The notes beneath the pieces were generated by a model. It was not told the DNA's origin, searched no databases, and worked only from the letters and a program-made list of their open reading frames with translations. From Planctomycetota bacterium (GTDB lineage Bacteria > Planctomycetota > UBA11346), in contig JBBQCI010000008.1 of assembly GCA_038318565.1 (NCBI GenBank), positions 4,243 through 68,242 of the forward strand: a DNA stretch of 64,000 nucleotides, given 5' to 3'. Positions within the stretch are counted from its first letter, which is position 1, and every line of letters begins with the position of its first letter. Of this stretch, positions 17,773-28,100 are shown piece after piece. The translations under genes and the position numbers were made by a program.

Positions 17773-18187
17773 CGTCCGTGTCTTCAATGACTGGATCGGT
17801 CGGATCGGCAGCTGGCGGTTCTGGCTTCTCGCCATGGTCAGCATCGGTGCGCCTGGCGCGGCCGATGATCTCGTTCATTCGCTCGCGCTTCTGTTCGCGG
17901 TCGTCGTAGCTGAATTGGAGGTCGGGCACCAGACGCGTGCGCACGACCTTGGCGTAGCCCGTGCGGATGAAGCCGCGGGCGCTGGCCAGGGCGTGCTCGG
18001 CCAGGGTGCGTTCCTTCGCACCGCCGAACACGGTCCAGTATGCCGTCACCGACTGCAAGTCGCCGGTCATCTCGACCCGGGTGATGGTGACCATGCCGAT
18101 ACGCGGATCAGCCAGGCCGCGTACCGCCGTGGCGATCTCGCGGTGGAGGAGCGAGGTGAGGCGCTGCTGGCGGGTAGGAGCTGGCAT
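17765..18187 (-). CDS. rbfA: Ribosome-binding factor A
   Basis: 'DPRIGMVTITRVEMTGDL', 'ARGFIR', 'VPDLQFSYD'; downstream of infB. Confidence 0.92.
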   Translation of the reverse strand: MPAPTRQQRLTSLLHREIATAVRGLADPRIGMVTITRVEMTGDLQSVTAYWTVFGGAKERTLAEHALASARGFIRTGYAKVVRTRLVPDLQFSYDDREQKRERMNEIIGRARRTDADHGEKPEPPAADPTDPVIEDTDDA

Positions 18188-18262
18188 AGGTTATCCGGTC
18201 GTCCGATCAGCGTCAGGTCGTCCGAACCATCCTGCATGAGGATGGAAGGGCGACCCGATGCG

Positions 18263-21200
18263 CTAGGACGCAGCTGCCTTCCTGGGGACCTTCTCTTTCA
18301 CGTAGAACTCCATCACATCGCCAACCTTGATGTCCTGGAAGCCTTCGACGGTCAAGCCGCACTCGAAGCCTTCGCGGACCTCTTTGACGTCTTCCTTGAA
18401 GCGGCGCAGGGATCCCACCTTGCCGACATGAAGAATGTTCGAATCACGCGTGATACGCATGAAGGCGTCGCGACGGGCCAGGCCGTCGGCGATGCGCAGG
18501 CCGGCGACGACGCCGGTATTCGAGATCTGGAAGGTCGCTTTGACTTCGGCGTGGCCAATGACGTTCTCGCGCGTCTCGGGCTCGAGCATGCCAGCAGCAG
18601 CCATCTTCAGCTCGTCAAGCAGCTCGTAAATGATCGTGTAACTGCGGATGTCGACGCCGTTGTCGTCGGCGATCATGCGCGCTTTGCTGTCAGCCACGAC
18701 GTGGAACCCGAGCACCGTCGCCCGACTGGCGACCGCCAGGGTGACGTCGCTGGAGTTGATGCCACCGACACCGCTATGGATGATCGCCACGCGAACATCC
18801 TTGCTGGTCAGATCGCTGATCGTCTTCTGCAGCACTTCCAGCGAACCGGACGCGTCGGCTTTCACGACCACACGCAGTTCCTTCTTCTTCGAATCGGCGA
18901 TATCACCGAGAATCGAGGAGGAGGTGATGTTCTTGGCCTTGGCCATCAACTCGCGTTCACGCTGCTTCTGGCGACGCACCTCGGCGGCTTCAGAGGCGGC
19001 CGGGATGTCGGTCATGACTCGGAAGTTGTCACCAGCACGCGGCAGTTCATCGAGGCCGATGACCTCAGCGGCCGTCGACGGACCCGCTAGCTCGGCGCGC
19101 TCGCCCTTCCAGTTGGTCAGGCTGCGGACTCGGCCGTAAGCGGTACCGGCGAGTACCACGTCGCCGATCGCCAACGAACCGCGCTGCACCAGGAAGGTCG
19201 CGGTGACACCCTGGCCGTCACTGCGATGGGCTTCGAGCACGGCGCCCGATGCGGGGGCGAAGTGGTTGGCCTTCAGTTCCTTGATTTCGGTCTCAAGCGC
19301 TAGGCGCGAGAGCAGATCGTCGATGCCCTGACCGGTCAGCGCACTGGTGCGCACCACCCCGACCTCACCGCCCCATTCCTCGGCCTGCAGGCCCTGTTCG
19401 GCGAGCTGGCGGATGACCGTCTCCTGGGCTGCAGGAGTGGCTTCCGGCTTGTCGCACTTGTTCATCGCGACGACGATGGCGAGTCCGGCGGCCTTGGCGT
19501 GGTTGATCGCTTCGATTGTCTGCGGCATGCAGCCGTCGACCGCGTCGACGACGATAACTGCGATATCAGTGATCTTCGAACCGCGGGCGCGCATCTCGGT
19601 GAAGGCCTGGTGGCCGGGCGTGTCGATGAACGTCACATCCATACCGTTGGGCGCGGTGACCGTGTACGCACCGATATGCTGGGTGATGCCACCAGCCTCG
19701 CCAGCGGCGATCTCGGTCTTGCGAATCGCATCGAGCAGGCTGGTTTTGCCGTGATCGACGTGACCCATGATGACCACCACCGGCGGACGCGGAGCGAGAT
19801 CTTCGTCCTTGTCGACGTTGACGATCTGGGTCTCGGCCTCGATCTCCTCGTCGGCGTCCTTCGCCTCGGTGACGGTGACTGTCTTCTTGAATTCCTGGGC
19901 CAGCAACTCGACCTCGGGCCTGTCGAGCACCGAGTTGATGTTGGCCATGATGCCAGCCATGAACAGCTTGGCGATGATGACGCTGACTTTGACGCCGGAA
20001 GCTTCGGAGAATTCGCGCACAGTGCAGGGCACGGCGATCGAAAACTCGGTCACACCCGAGATGTCCTCGTCCAACGACGAACGCAGGCGACGCCGGGTGA
20101 GATGGCCCTCTTGCTGGGTCGGATCTTCGCCAGGAGCCGGCTTGCCGTCCTTGGTCGGTCCACGGGCGGGCCCGCGGTTCGGCCCACGGTTCGGGCCGCC
20201 GGGTCCACGGTTCGGGCCGCCGGGTCCACGGTTCGGGCCACCACCAGGACCGCGCGATGCGGGCCCACCAGGACCGCCAGGCGTCTTGGTGCGATCGATG
20301 GTACGGAAACCGGGGCGCTTGGCGGCCGCCTTGGCTTCGGCAACCTTCTTGGCCATCTCCATGTTGCGCTGGATGTTGGCCTGGATCAGTCGACGGCGGT
20401 CTTCGGCCGACAACGGCTGATCGCTGGCGGCGGGCGCACCCGCGGCCGCCGCTGGAGGAGCTGGCGGCTTCAGAATGGTCTTGCTCGAATGATCGCCACG
20501 CTCGTGCGTCTGCTTGGCCATGCTGGCCAGCTTCGAACCGACGCCTGCGACGGTCTTGAGCACGGGAGAGGGCACAGCGGCCTTGACGACCGGGGTCGGA
20601 GGCTTGGGAACCAACGCGGCAGCCTTAGGCGGCTCGGACGTCGGGGTCAGTTCTATCGGTGCATTCGCTGTGACCTGGTCGGCCGGCGGGTTCGCTGGCG
20701 CGGTGGCGGCAGGTTCGACGGGAGCCGGTGGCGCAGCCTGGGCAGCGGCGGCGGCGGCTACCGTCTGAGCGGCTTCACGGGCGGCGGCCGTAATGGCCTT
20801 GTGGGCCGACAGCTGATCGGAGATGCGCTTGGCTTCAGATTCGCGACGCTGCAGCTCTTCTTCGGCTGCGATACGCTGGCGATCGAGATCCTGACGGACG
20901 CGCTCATCCTCGTCCAGGCGCCGGCGCTCGGCAGCCTCGTCGGCGATACGCTTGGCATCATCCTCGGCCTGGCGACGGGCCAGCTCCTCGGCGTGCTTCT
21001 TACGTTCATCGACCAAACGACGTTCTTCGTCGACCTTGGCCTTGGCGACCTCTTCCTCTGCCTTCTTCTTGCGCGTCTCCAGACCCTTCTTGGCCTGGAG
21101 CTTCTTCTGATGCTTCTCTTCGTATTCCTTGGCAATGATCGGGGTGAAGGGCTTGCCGTCAGCCAACTCCAGTCCGTCACAAGCCAGGATGCGCGTGACC

Positions 21201-21322
21201 TCAGCCTCCTTGAGTACCGATTCGGTGCCCTTGGTCAGCTTGATCTTCAGGTCGACCTCGACCACTTCGACCAGGAGGTCGAGGGCGAGGTTGTGGGTCT
21301 TGGCCAGCTCGGCGAGCTTCAT
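18263..21322 (-). CDS. infB: Translation initiation factor IF-2
   Basis: [64 protein letters not shown]. Confidence 0.97.
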   Translation of the reverse strand: MKLAELAKTHNLALDLLVEVVEVDLKIKLTKGTESVLKEAEVTRILACDGLELADGKPFTPIIAKEYEEKHQKKLQAKKGLETRKKKAEEEVAKAKVDEERRLVDERKKHAEELARRQAEDDAKRIADEAAERRRLDEDERVRQDLDRQRIAAEEELQRRESEAKRISDQLSAHKAITAAAREAAQTVAAAAAAQAAPPAPVEPAATAPANPPADQVTANAPIELTPTSEPPKAAALVPKPPTPVVKAAVPSPVLKTVAGVGSKLASMAKQTHERGDHSSKTILKPPAPPAAAAGAPAASDQPLSAEDRRRLIQANIQRNMEMAKKVAEAKAAAKRPGFRTIDRTKTPGGPGGPASRGPGGGPNRGPGGPNRGPGGPNRGPNRGPARGPTKDGKPAPGEDPTQQEGHLTRRRLRSSLDEDISGVTEFSIAVPCTVREFSEASGVKVSVIIAKLFMAGIMANINSVLDRPEVELLAQEFKKTVTVTEAKDADEEIEAETQIVNVDKDEDLAPRPPVVVIMGHVDHGKTSLLDAIRKTEIAAGEAGGITQHIGAYTVTAPNGMDVTFIDTPGHQAFTEMRARGSKITDIAVIVVDAVDGCMPQTIEAINHAKAAGLAIVVAMNKCDKPEATPAAQETVIRQLAEQGLQAEEWGGEVGVVRTSALTGQGIDDLLSRLALETEIKELKANHFAPASGAVLEAHRSDGQGVTATFLVQRGSLAIGDVVLAGTAYGRVRSLTNWKGERAELAGPSTAAEVIGLDELPRAGDNFRVMTDIPAASEAAEVRRQKQRERELMAKAKNITSSSILGDIADSKKKELRVVVKADASGSLEVLQKTISDLTSKDVRVAIIHSGVGGINSSDVTLAVASRATVLGFHVVADSKARMIADDNGVDIRSYTIIYELLDELKMAAAGMLEPETRENVIGHAEVKATFQISNTGVVAGLRIADGLARRDAFMRITRDSNILHVGKVGSLRRFKEDVKEVREGFECGLTVEGFQDIKVGDVMEFYVKEKVPRKAAAS

Positions 21323-21389
21323 GCAGTTCTCGTTGGGGCGAACACGATGGCGCGATTCAGGCCGCGCTCAAGCATCGAAAATGGGCAGA

Positions 21390-22688
21390 TCAACCGGCCT
21401 GGCCTTCGACCGGATGGGCGGCGGCAGTGGCGGCGGCGGCGATGGCGCGCGCCTCCTCTTCCTGGGCACGGCGCTCGGCCTCGGCGCGCTGCTCGAGCAG
21501 CTTGATCTTGTCGGCGCGCTGCTCGGGGGTGAGCAGTTCTTCGGCCTTAGCAATCAGTTTGCTTGCCAGGTCGGCATCGACCGGAGCACCCTGCAGGCCT
21601 TCAACCAGGCGTTCAGGTGACTGGGCCGCCAGCACCGAGAGGGCATCCAGGTGGTTGTCGAGGAAGGTTTCACGCAGGAAGTCGTCGAGCAAACCGGCGG
21701 TGATCAGGAGCTGCAGCTCTTCACTGCCCTTCTGCCGCTTCTCGGTCTGGGCCTCTTCGCTCATCACGTCAATCTTGTAGCGGGTCAAGCGGGCTGACAG
21801 GCGGACGTTCTGACCGGCCTTGCCGATCGCCAGCGGGAGCTGGTCCTGCGACACCACGACGCGGGCGCGGTCGCGGAAGTGGTCGTAGCTGATGCGCAGG
21901 ATGCGTGCCGGCTTGAGCGAGTTCTCGATGTACTGGGCCGAATCCTCGGCCCATGGGATGATGTCGATCTTCTCGCCGCCAAGTTCGTCAGTGACCTTTG
22001 AGATGCGGCTGCCGCGCATGCCGACACAGGAACCAACCGGGTCGATCCGGGGGTCATTCGAGGCAACGGCGATCTTGGTGCGGCGACCGGGCTCGCGCAC
22101 GATGCCCTTCACTTCGATCAGGCCGTCGGCGATCTCGGGGATCTCGGCGCGGAACAGTTCGCGGACGAAGTTGGCGTGGGTGCGCGAGAGGACGATGCGC
22201 AGACGGCTGCCCTTCTTCTCGCACTTCAGCACATAGGCACGGACGACGGCGCCCGGGCGGTACACTTCGCCAGGGAGCTGCTCTTCCTTTGGCATGATCG
22301 CTTCGGTACGGCCGCCGAGGGCGATGATCGCCATGCCGTGCTCTTCACGCATCACCGTGCCGGAGACGACGGTGTGCAGGCGGGGCGAGAACTCATCGTA
22401 CATGCGGTCGCGTTCATTTTCGCGCATGCCCTGGACGAAGACCTGCTTCGCGACGTTGGCGACGATGCGACCGAGCGCTTCAAGGTCGACTGGCTTGTCA
22501 TCCTCGAAGGCGCGGATCTCGCCGGATTCGCGATCAATCGTGACCGAGAGGTCGCCGGTGGCGTCGAAACGCTTCTGGGCTGCCTGCTGAAGGGCTTTCT
22601 CGATATGGTCGATGATGAGGTTCTTGTCCACGCCGCGCTCTTTGGCGAGGGCATCGACACGCTGCAGGAAAAGTGCGGCATTGAGCAT
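21390..22688 (-). CDS. nusA: Transcription termination/antitermination factor NusA
   Basis: AKQV, LSRTH, EIPEI.DG, REPGRRTKIAV, DPVGSCVGMRGSRI, AIGKAGQNVRL. Confidence 0.95.
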   Translation of the reverse strand: MLNAALFLQRVDALAKERGVDKNLIIDHIEKALQQAAQKRFDATGDLSVTIDRESGEIRAFEDDKPVDLEALGRIVANVAKQVFVQGMRENERDRMYDEFSPRLHTVVSGTVMREEHGMAIIALGGRTEAIMPKEEQLPGEVYRPGAVVRAYVLKCEKKGSRLRIVLSRTHANFVRELFRAEIPEIADGLIEVKGIVREPGRRTKIAVASNDPRIDPVGSCVGMRGSRISKVTDELGGEKIDIIPWAEDSAQYIENSLKPARILRISYDHFRDRARVVVSQDQLPLAIGKAGQNVRLSARLTRYKIDVMSEEAQTEKRQKGSEELQLLITAGLLDDFLRETFLDNHLDALSVLAAQSPERLVEGLQGAPVDADLASKLIAKAEELLTPEQRADKIKLLEQRAEAERRAQEEEARAIAAAATAAAHPVEGQAG

Positions 22689-22844
22689 CGGGATGCTTCC
22701 TAAGACGAAAAAAGCGCGGGCCATGGGGCCCACGCTTCCGGTTGCCCGAAAGGTTGAGACGGGCGGGAGACTAGCGGCGATCCACGGCGGTCAACGGGCG
22801 GGACGCTGGACTGATGCATCCGCAACCTTGGTCAGCGTGCGGCT

Positions 22845-23657
22845 CTATCCTCCGATCGGAGGAACTGCATGGGTGGCCCGCCAACGCAGCGGCGTAAGTC
22901 CGTGTATACGAGAAAACCGCCTAGTGAAGATGGCCTGGTCGGTGAAGCCAAGCGCCGCGGCGACAACATGGATGGGCCGGCGGTCGGCCAGCAGCCTGTC
23001 GCCGGCGGCACGCATGCGCTGCCCGAGCAGGTAGCGCGCGGGTGGCGAGCCGACGGCAGCGCGAAAGACGCGGCGAAAGTGCGCTTCGCTGATGCCGAGT
23101 CGACGCGCCTCGGCGCCCCAGTCCCATGTCCTGAATGGACGTAGGGCGACGTCCGAAACCACGGCCTCGACCGCACCGGCATGCCTCGGTGGGTTGGCTC
23201 CGGCAGCCAGGTGCGCGACAATACGCTCGATCAACGCAACCGCCTCAGGCTGGCGGCGGTGCAAGCCGTGCACCAGCGACACCAGTTCGACAAACAAGCG
23301 ATGGAGCTCGCCAGCCTCGGCCAGCGGCAGGGCGTGGCTTGCCGACAAGGGTTCCAGCCCTTCGCAGAAGATACGCTCAATCCGCGGACCCCGCAGCATG
23401 ACCCACTGATGGTACCACCAGCCAGGACGGTCCAGCGGGCCGTAGCGATATCGCTCGCCTGGACGATGCCAGAAAGCGGTCGCCCCCGGCAGTTCCTGTC
23501 GCGGTCCATTGCCACGCTGGTGGTACATCCCGCCCGCCGAGCACAGTTCGATCGAGAACTGGTCCACCCGCTGATCGAGATGGATGTCGTAGCGCGGATG
23601 CACTCCGCCGTTGATGAATTCGATGTCAGCGAAATAGCGCATGCTCAGGATTGTCAA
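22845..23657 (-). CDS. AraC-family transcriptional regulator
   Basis: Cupin-like N-terminus and C-terminal 'SEAHFRRVF...GSPP..Y...VAAALGFTDQAIFTRRF..IHGLTP..WR'; divergent from the GH2 gene. Confidence 0.9.
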   Translation of the reverse strand: MTILSMRYFADIEFINGGVHPRYDIHLDQRVDQFSIELCSAGGMYHQRGNGPRQELPGATAFWHRPGERYRYGPLDRPGWWYHQWVMLRGPRIERIFCEGLEPLSASHALPLAEAGELHRLFVELVSLVHGLHRRQPEAVALIERIVAHLAAGANPPRHAGAVEAVVSDVALRPFRTWDWGAEARRLGISEAHFRRVFRAAVGSPPARYLLGQRMRAAGDRLLADRRPIHVVAAALGFTDQAIFTRRFSRIHGLTPLRWRATHAVPPIGG

Positions 23658-23714
23658 TTCTTGTCGGAATCAGCCTCTGACAACACGTAATTCTACGTTT
23701 ATATTGCCAGCATC

Positions 23715-26700
23715 ATGCCAACCGTCGTCAACGCCCCGATCACCCGTACCTGTCTCAACGGCTGGTGGGATTTTCTGCCGGTCCTTGGTGATTCCACCGA
23801 CGGGCGGATCGACCTCGGCGCTGGCGTGCCGCGTGGCGGCTGGCTTCCCGCCGCCCTCCTCGTGCCGAGCACGTGGAACAAACCGCTCGACGCTGTGAAG
23901 CAACCGGGCGAGACACGCTGGAACTGCGCCGAAGACACCCACAGCCCGCCCGGAGCGGTGGGGGACAAGGTCGCTGAGGGCACCACCTACCTATTCGACG
24001 CCTATGGCTATCCAGAGGCGTGGAATCGTACCCGCGCTGGCTGGCTCCGGCGCACACTCGTCGCCGCCTCCGCGACACCCGGCCGCCGGCGTTGGCTACG
24101 CTTCGACGGGGTGATGCCTCGCTCATGGGTCTTCCTCGGTGGCCGCCAGATCGCCCAACATGTGCATCCGACCCTGCCGTTCGCGGTCGATGTCGAGGAT
24201 GTGCTCGTCAGCGGCGCCAACGAGATTGCGCTGCGCATCGCCGACTACGAGCGCGAGGGTGGACGGCCGAAGCGCTGCCTCGTTCCGACCGGCAACTGGA
24301 TGCCTGGTGGCCACAGCGGCATCTGGCAGGACGTGTGGCTGGAGGAACGCGGCGAGGTCCGCATCGCCGCGGTCGATATCCGCACCTCGACCCGCGCCCG
24401 CACGCTCGACGTACGCTGGACGATCAGTAACGACTGCGATGCGGCGCGCACCGTCACCCTGCGTCCCTGCGTGGTGCCGTGGGCCAAGCATGGCGACGCT
24501 CTGAGCACGTCGAGCGAGCTAACCCTGCCGGAACGTCAGGTGCAGCTCGCCGCTGGGACAACGGTCGAAGTGCGCATCGAGCAGCGCTGGGACGACGCCG
24601 TCTGGTGGGAGCCTGGTCGCCCGCAGCTGTACCAGCTGGTCTCGCGCCTTGATGGCGCCGGCGGCGAGATCCAAGTCGAGCGCTTCGGCTTCCGCGAAGT
24701 CTGGCTGGAGGGCAAGGACCTGATGCTCAATGATCATCCGATCCATCTGTTCAGCGATTGGGGCCACAAGATGACCCCCTTCTATCAAACCGAAGGCTGG
24801 ATCCGCCAGTGGTTCGGCATGATGCGCGACGCCAATCTCAACCACACCCGCCTGCACACTCATCCACATCCGCCACTCGTTCTCGATCTCGCCGACGAGG
24901 AAGGCATCCTGGTCACTGGCGAGGCCGGCCTGCACGGCTCGGGCGGCTCGCAGGCGGCCGACGATCCACGCTATTGGGAGGCGGCACGCGACCACGTCCG
25001 TGGCTTTATCGCGCGCGACCGCAACCGCCCCTGCGTGATCATGTGGTCGGTCGAGAACGAGATGCGCTGGAACGGCGACAAGACTGACCTAACCAAGCAG
25101 GAGCTGCCCAAGCTGCGGCTATTGTTCAACGAGTTGGATCCGACCCGCACAGCCTACCATGAGGGCGACAGCTCGCTGTGGAGCGAGGCTGATCAGCCGA
25201 TCGTCAGCCGCCACTACGGCAAGGAATGCAGCGGCCTGGGCTGGTGGAACCAGCTGCAGCCGCTGCATTGTGGCGAGATGTCGTTGTACCACTACAGCGG
25301 ACCCAACAACACCTGCCACCTCGCCGGCGACCGCGCCTGGGCGGACTTCGCCGCGGTCGACGAGGCGGCTGCCCTGGACACCGCCCTTATCGTCGAGAGC
25401 GGCCGCACCATCGGCGTGTGCGCCTTCGGTCCGTGGAACCTGTGCGCGCTGCAGAACCTGCGCCCGCACCCGGCGGTCAACCTGACCTACGCCGACTGGA
25501 CCCTGCCCGGCGCCAAACCGCTACGCGTCGCCGCCGGGGCGAGCGAATTCCGCTTCTGGGAAGGCGGCACCGGCTACACGCCTGCTGCTGGATTCACCAC
25601 TCAGGCCAAGGCCTTCCGCCCGCTAGCGCTGATCGACCGCCGCCGCCGCACCGGCTACCGTGCCGGCGGCCGCATCCGCCGCGAACTGTTCCTGGTCAAC
25701 GACACGCGCGAGGCGGTCCGTGGCCGCATCGATGTGCTGATCGCGCGCGGTGACGAGGTGCTGGCGCGCAAGAGCGTCCCAATTGAGGTCGGCCGCGGCC
25801 AGGTCTCGTCGGTGATGATCGAGCTGCCCGTCCCTGCGTCCGCTACCCCCGGGCGCTGGACGTACCGTGCCGCGTTCGTCGCCGCAGATGGCGCCAGCGA
25901 GGGCTGGGACCGCGAACTGCTCATCGAGGCCGTCCCCAAGGTGCGCGTCCGCAGCGCCGTCGCAGTAGTCGGCAACGGCTCGGCTGCGCGCATGCTGCGC
26001 CTGCTCGGCGTCAAGGCCAAGCGGGTTAAGCGGCTAGACGGCACGACGCTGCGCGGCGTGCGTACGCTGCTGATCGAACGCAATTGGGTCCAGCCGGGAG
26101 GCACGCAGCACCTCGCCGTTCGCGCCTTCGCCGCCACTGGTGGGCGCGTTGTTATGCTCGAACAGGAGTCTAGCTTGTTCCCAGGCTTGGTGCTGGAGGC
26201 CAAGCCGATCTCCACCGCATTCATCCGCACTCCCGGGCATCCCATCCTCAGCGGCCTCGGCCACGACGATCTGCGGGACTGGGGCGAGGACAGCTACGCC
26301 CAGGTCGTCGCCGACACCCTGGTCGCCGCACGCATGTTCCGCAAGGACGACGGCGCAGCCATGCTGCCGCTGTGCGAATCCGGCGAAGGCGGCTTCGGCA
26401 ACGGCGGGCTCGACCACACGCCGTTGTTCACCACCACGATCGGCGCGGGCCTGGTCATCGCCTGCCAGTTCCTGGTCACCGACAAGGCGACCGAGCATCC
26501 CGCCGCCCTGCGCCTGCTCGCCAACCTGCTGGCGCACGCCGATACCTGGAAGCCGGCGCCGGCCGCCGCCGTGGTCGAGGCAGGCGACACCGATCTGCGT
26601 GCCCTGGTCAAGCAGGCCAAGGCCGGAGCGACCGTGCTGGTCGGGCCGCTCGACACCGCCGGATTGGCGGCCTGGAGCGCCGCGACGGGCGTGAAGCTGG

Positions 26701-27665
26701 AGCCACTCCCACAGGACCGTTGCTATCAGGCGGTTCGTGCTGTCGACAACGCGCTGACCGCAGGAATCTCCAACGAAGACGCCTGCGGTATTGAAACCTG
26801 GACCTACTGCCCGGGGGAACGCGCTAATCTGCCAGTCTGCACCCTGGCGATACGCCCAACTACCGGATTGGAGCCGCTCTGGTCATTGCCGACAGTGGCG
26901 CTGCTCGTCGAGATGTTCGTGCACGGCGGCCGTTCCGAGCCACTGCGCGCCAACACGCGTACGCCATCCCTGCATGCCACGCCGGTGGACGGCATCGTCA
27001 CGGGCGTGATCCGGCTCGGGAAGGGCCAAGTGATCATCGACCAGTTCACCCCGCCGAGGGGCGAGGACGGGGTACCGAAGCGCATCCGTCTGGTCCGTCC
27101 CGGTCATCGCCTACGCGCCAATCTCGGCGTCGCCCCGGCGCACGACCTGCTGCACGGCGAGCTCACCGCCGGCAGCCCGGCGGCGTCCAAAGGCTGGCCG
27201 ACCCGTCTGCGCATCCGCCACAGCGCGATCGACGCCGCGACTCGCACGCAGTTGCTGACCGACTGCGCCTTCTCGCCGGAACGCATGCTGTCGACGCCGA
27301 TCCTCGGGCGTGGCGCGTGGGAGACGCTCGACGCTCCGGCCGGCACCTTCTCCAGCCGCCCTGGCGAACAGTGGCTCTATCTCGTAGTCAACAGCCCGGT
27401 GGCCCGACAGAACCTCGCCACCAACCTGGGCGTGCCCAACCCGGAAGCGCTGACCTTCTGCGACCTGAGCGGAGCCGGCAAGGCGGAGCTGTGGATCAAT
27501 GGCAGGCCGGCCGCGATGGCGAAGCTCCCGGGGAGCCTGACCGACCTGGCGCTGGAGCAGGGCTTCAACCACCTGCTGCTGCGCTGGACTGGTGGGAATG
27601 GGACGATCGGCCTGAAGTTCCGCAACATCATGCGCCAGGCCGAAACCGAGTTCGGCTTCGCCTGA
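23715..27665 (+). CDS. Large glycoside hydrolase family 2 protein with long C-terminal extension
   Basis: LNGWWDF, LRFDGV, SGIWQDVWL, FGFREV, 'RLHTHP...DLADEEG', 'RDRNRPCVIMWSVENE' acid/base motif, 'LDPTR'. Confidence 0.85.
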   Translation: MPTVVNAPITRTCLNGWWDFLPVLGDSTDGRIDLGAGVPRGGWLPAALLVPSTWNKPLDAVKQPGETRWNCAEDTHSPPGAVGDKVAEGTTYLFDAYGYPEAWNRTRAGWLRRTLVAASATPGRRRWLRFDGVMPRSWVFLGGRQIAQHVHPTLPFAVDVEDVLVSGANEIALRIADYEREGGRPKRCLVPTGNWMPGGHSGIWQDVWLEERGEVRIAAVDIRTSTRARTLDVRWTISNDCDAARTVTLRPCVVPWAKHGDALSTSSELTLPERQVQLAAGTTVEVRIEQRWDDAVWWEPGRPQLYQLVSRLDGAGGEIQVERFGFREVWLEGKDLMLNDHPIHLFSDWGHKMTPFYQTEGWIRQWFGMMRDANLNHTRLHTHPHPPLVLDLADEEGILVTGEAGLHGSGGSQAADDPRYWEAARDHVRGFIARDRNRPCVIMWSVENEMRWNGDKTDLTKQELPKLRLLFNELDPTRTAYHEGDSSLWSEADQPIVSRHYGKECSGLGWWNQLQPLHCGEMSLYHYSGPNNTCHLAGDRAWADFAAVDEAAALDTALIVESGRTIGVCAFGPWNLCALQNLRPHPAVNLTYADWTLPGAKPLRVAAGASEFRFWEGGTGYTPAAGFTTQAKAFRPLALIDRRRRTGYRAGGRIRRELFLVNDTREAVRGRIDVLIARGDEVLARKSVPIEVGRGQVSSVMIELPVPASATPGRWTYRAAFVAADGASEGWDRELLIEAVPKVRVRSAVAVVGNGSAARMLRLLGVKAKRVKRLDGTTLRGVRTLLIERNWVQPGGTQHLAVRAFAATGGRVVMLEQESSLFPGLVLEAKPISTAFIRTPGHPILSGLGHDDLRDWGEDSYAQVVADTLVAARMFRKDDGAAMLPLCESGEGGFGNGGLDHTPLFTTTIGAGLVIACQFLVTDKATEHPAALRLLANLLAHADTWKPAPAAAVVEAGDTDLRALVKQAKAGATVLVGPLDTAGLAAWSAATGVKLEPLPQDRCYQAVRAVDNALTAGISNEDACGIETWTYCPGERANLPVCTLAIRPTTGLEPLWSLPTVALLVEMFVHGGRSEPLRANTRTPSLHATPVDGIVTGVIRLGKGQVIIDQFTPPRGEDGVPKRIRLVRPGHRLRANLGVAPAHDLLHGELTAGSPAASKGWPTRLRIRHSAIDAATRTQLLTDCAFSPERMLSTPILGRGAWETLDAPAGTFSSRPGEQWLYLVVNSPVARQNLATNLGVPNPEALTFCDLSGAGKAELWINGRPAAMAKLPGSLTDLALEQGFNHLLLRWTGGNGTIGLKFRNIMRQAETEFGFA

Positions 27666-27689
27666 TGCGCATGAACGCGCGGCCAGGCC

Positions 27690-28100
27690 TCAGGGTGCTG
27701 CCAGCACCTTGAGGCCGGTCGGCACAACCTCCGGACGTTCGACCCAGCCGATCGCTCCGGGGATGCGGGAAACATGGGCGAACATGTCCTCGCGCATATC
27801 GATCTGCTCGGGCATGCTGCCTTCACCGGTAAAAACCAGTCGTTTCCACCAGTTGACCAGCTGCTGAGGCGTTTTGCCCAGGCGGCCTGCCAGGCGATCG
27901 TTGGCGGCAGTATCGCGCTGGAAGATGACCACGACGCGTTCACCATTGGGCCAGGTGGTCCGCCGACCAAGGAACACGTCACGGAGGGTAGCTTGATCAA
28001 CAGCCTCGACCGGGACGGACTGATGAGCGATAAGCACATCCTCGGCTGCAACCCAGTCAGCGAGAGCTATAAGGATGAGTACCGTACGCAGCCGGGACAT
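27690..28100 (-). CDS. Small periplasmic substrate-binding-like protein (single PstS-like lobe)
   Basis: Signal peptide; 'LRDVFLGRRTTWPNG', 'WKRLVFTGEGSMP', 'PGAIGWV'. Confidence 0.75.
   Translation of the reverse strand: MSRLRTVLILIALADWVAAEDVLIAHQSVPVEAVDQATLRDVFLGRRTTWPNGERVVVIFQRDTAANDRLAGRLGKTPQQLVNWWKRLVFTGEGSMPEQIDMREDMFAHVSRIPGAIGWVERPEVVPTGLKVLAAP

Noticed and set aside
20168-20245. 21-bp tandem repeats
   Set aside because: Encode the GPGGPNR low-complexity linker common in IF-2 N-termini.
19499-21505. 668-aa plus-strand ORF and other long antisense ORFs (e.g. 17654-19090, 46201-47391, 41373-42344)
   Set aside because: Shadow frames of infB, eno and purH caused by high-GC codon bias; no motifs.
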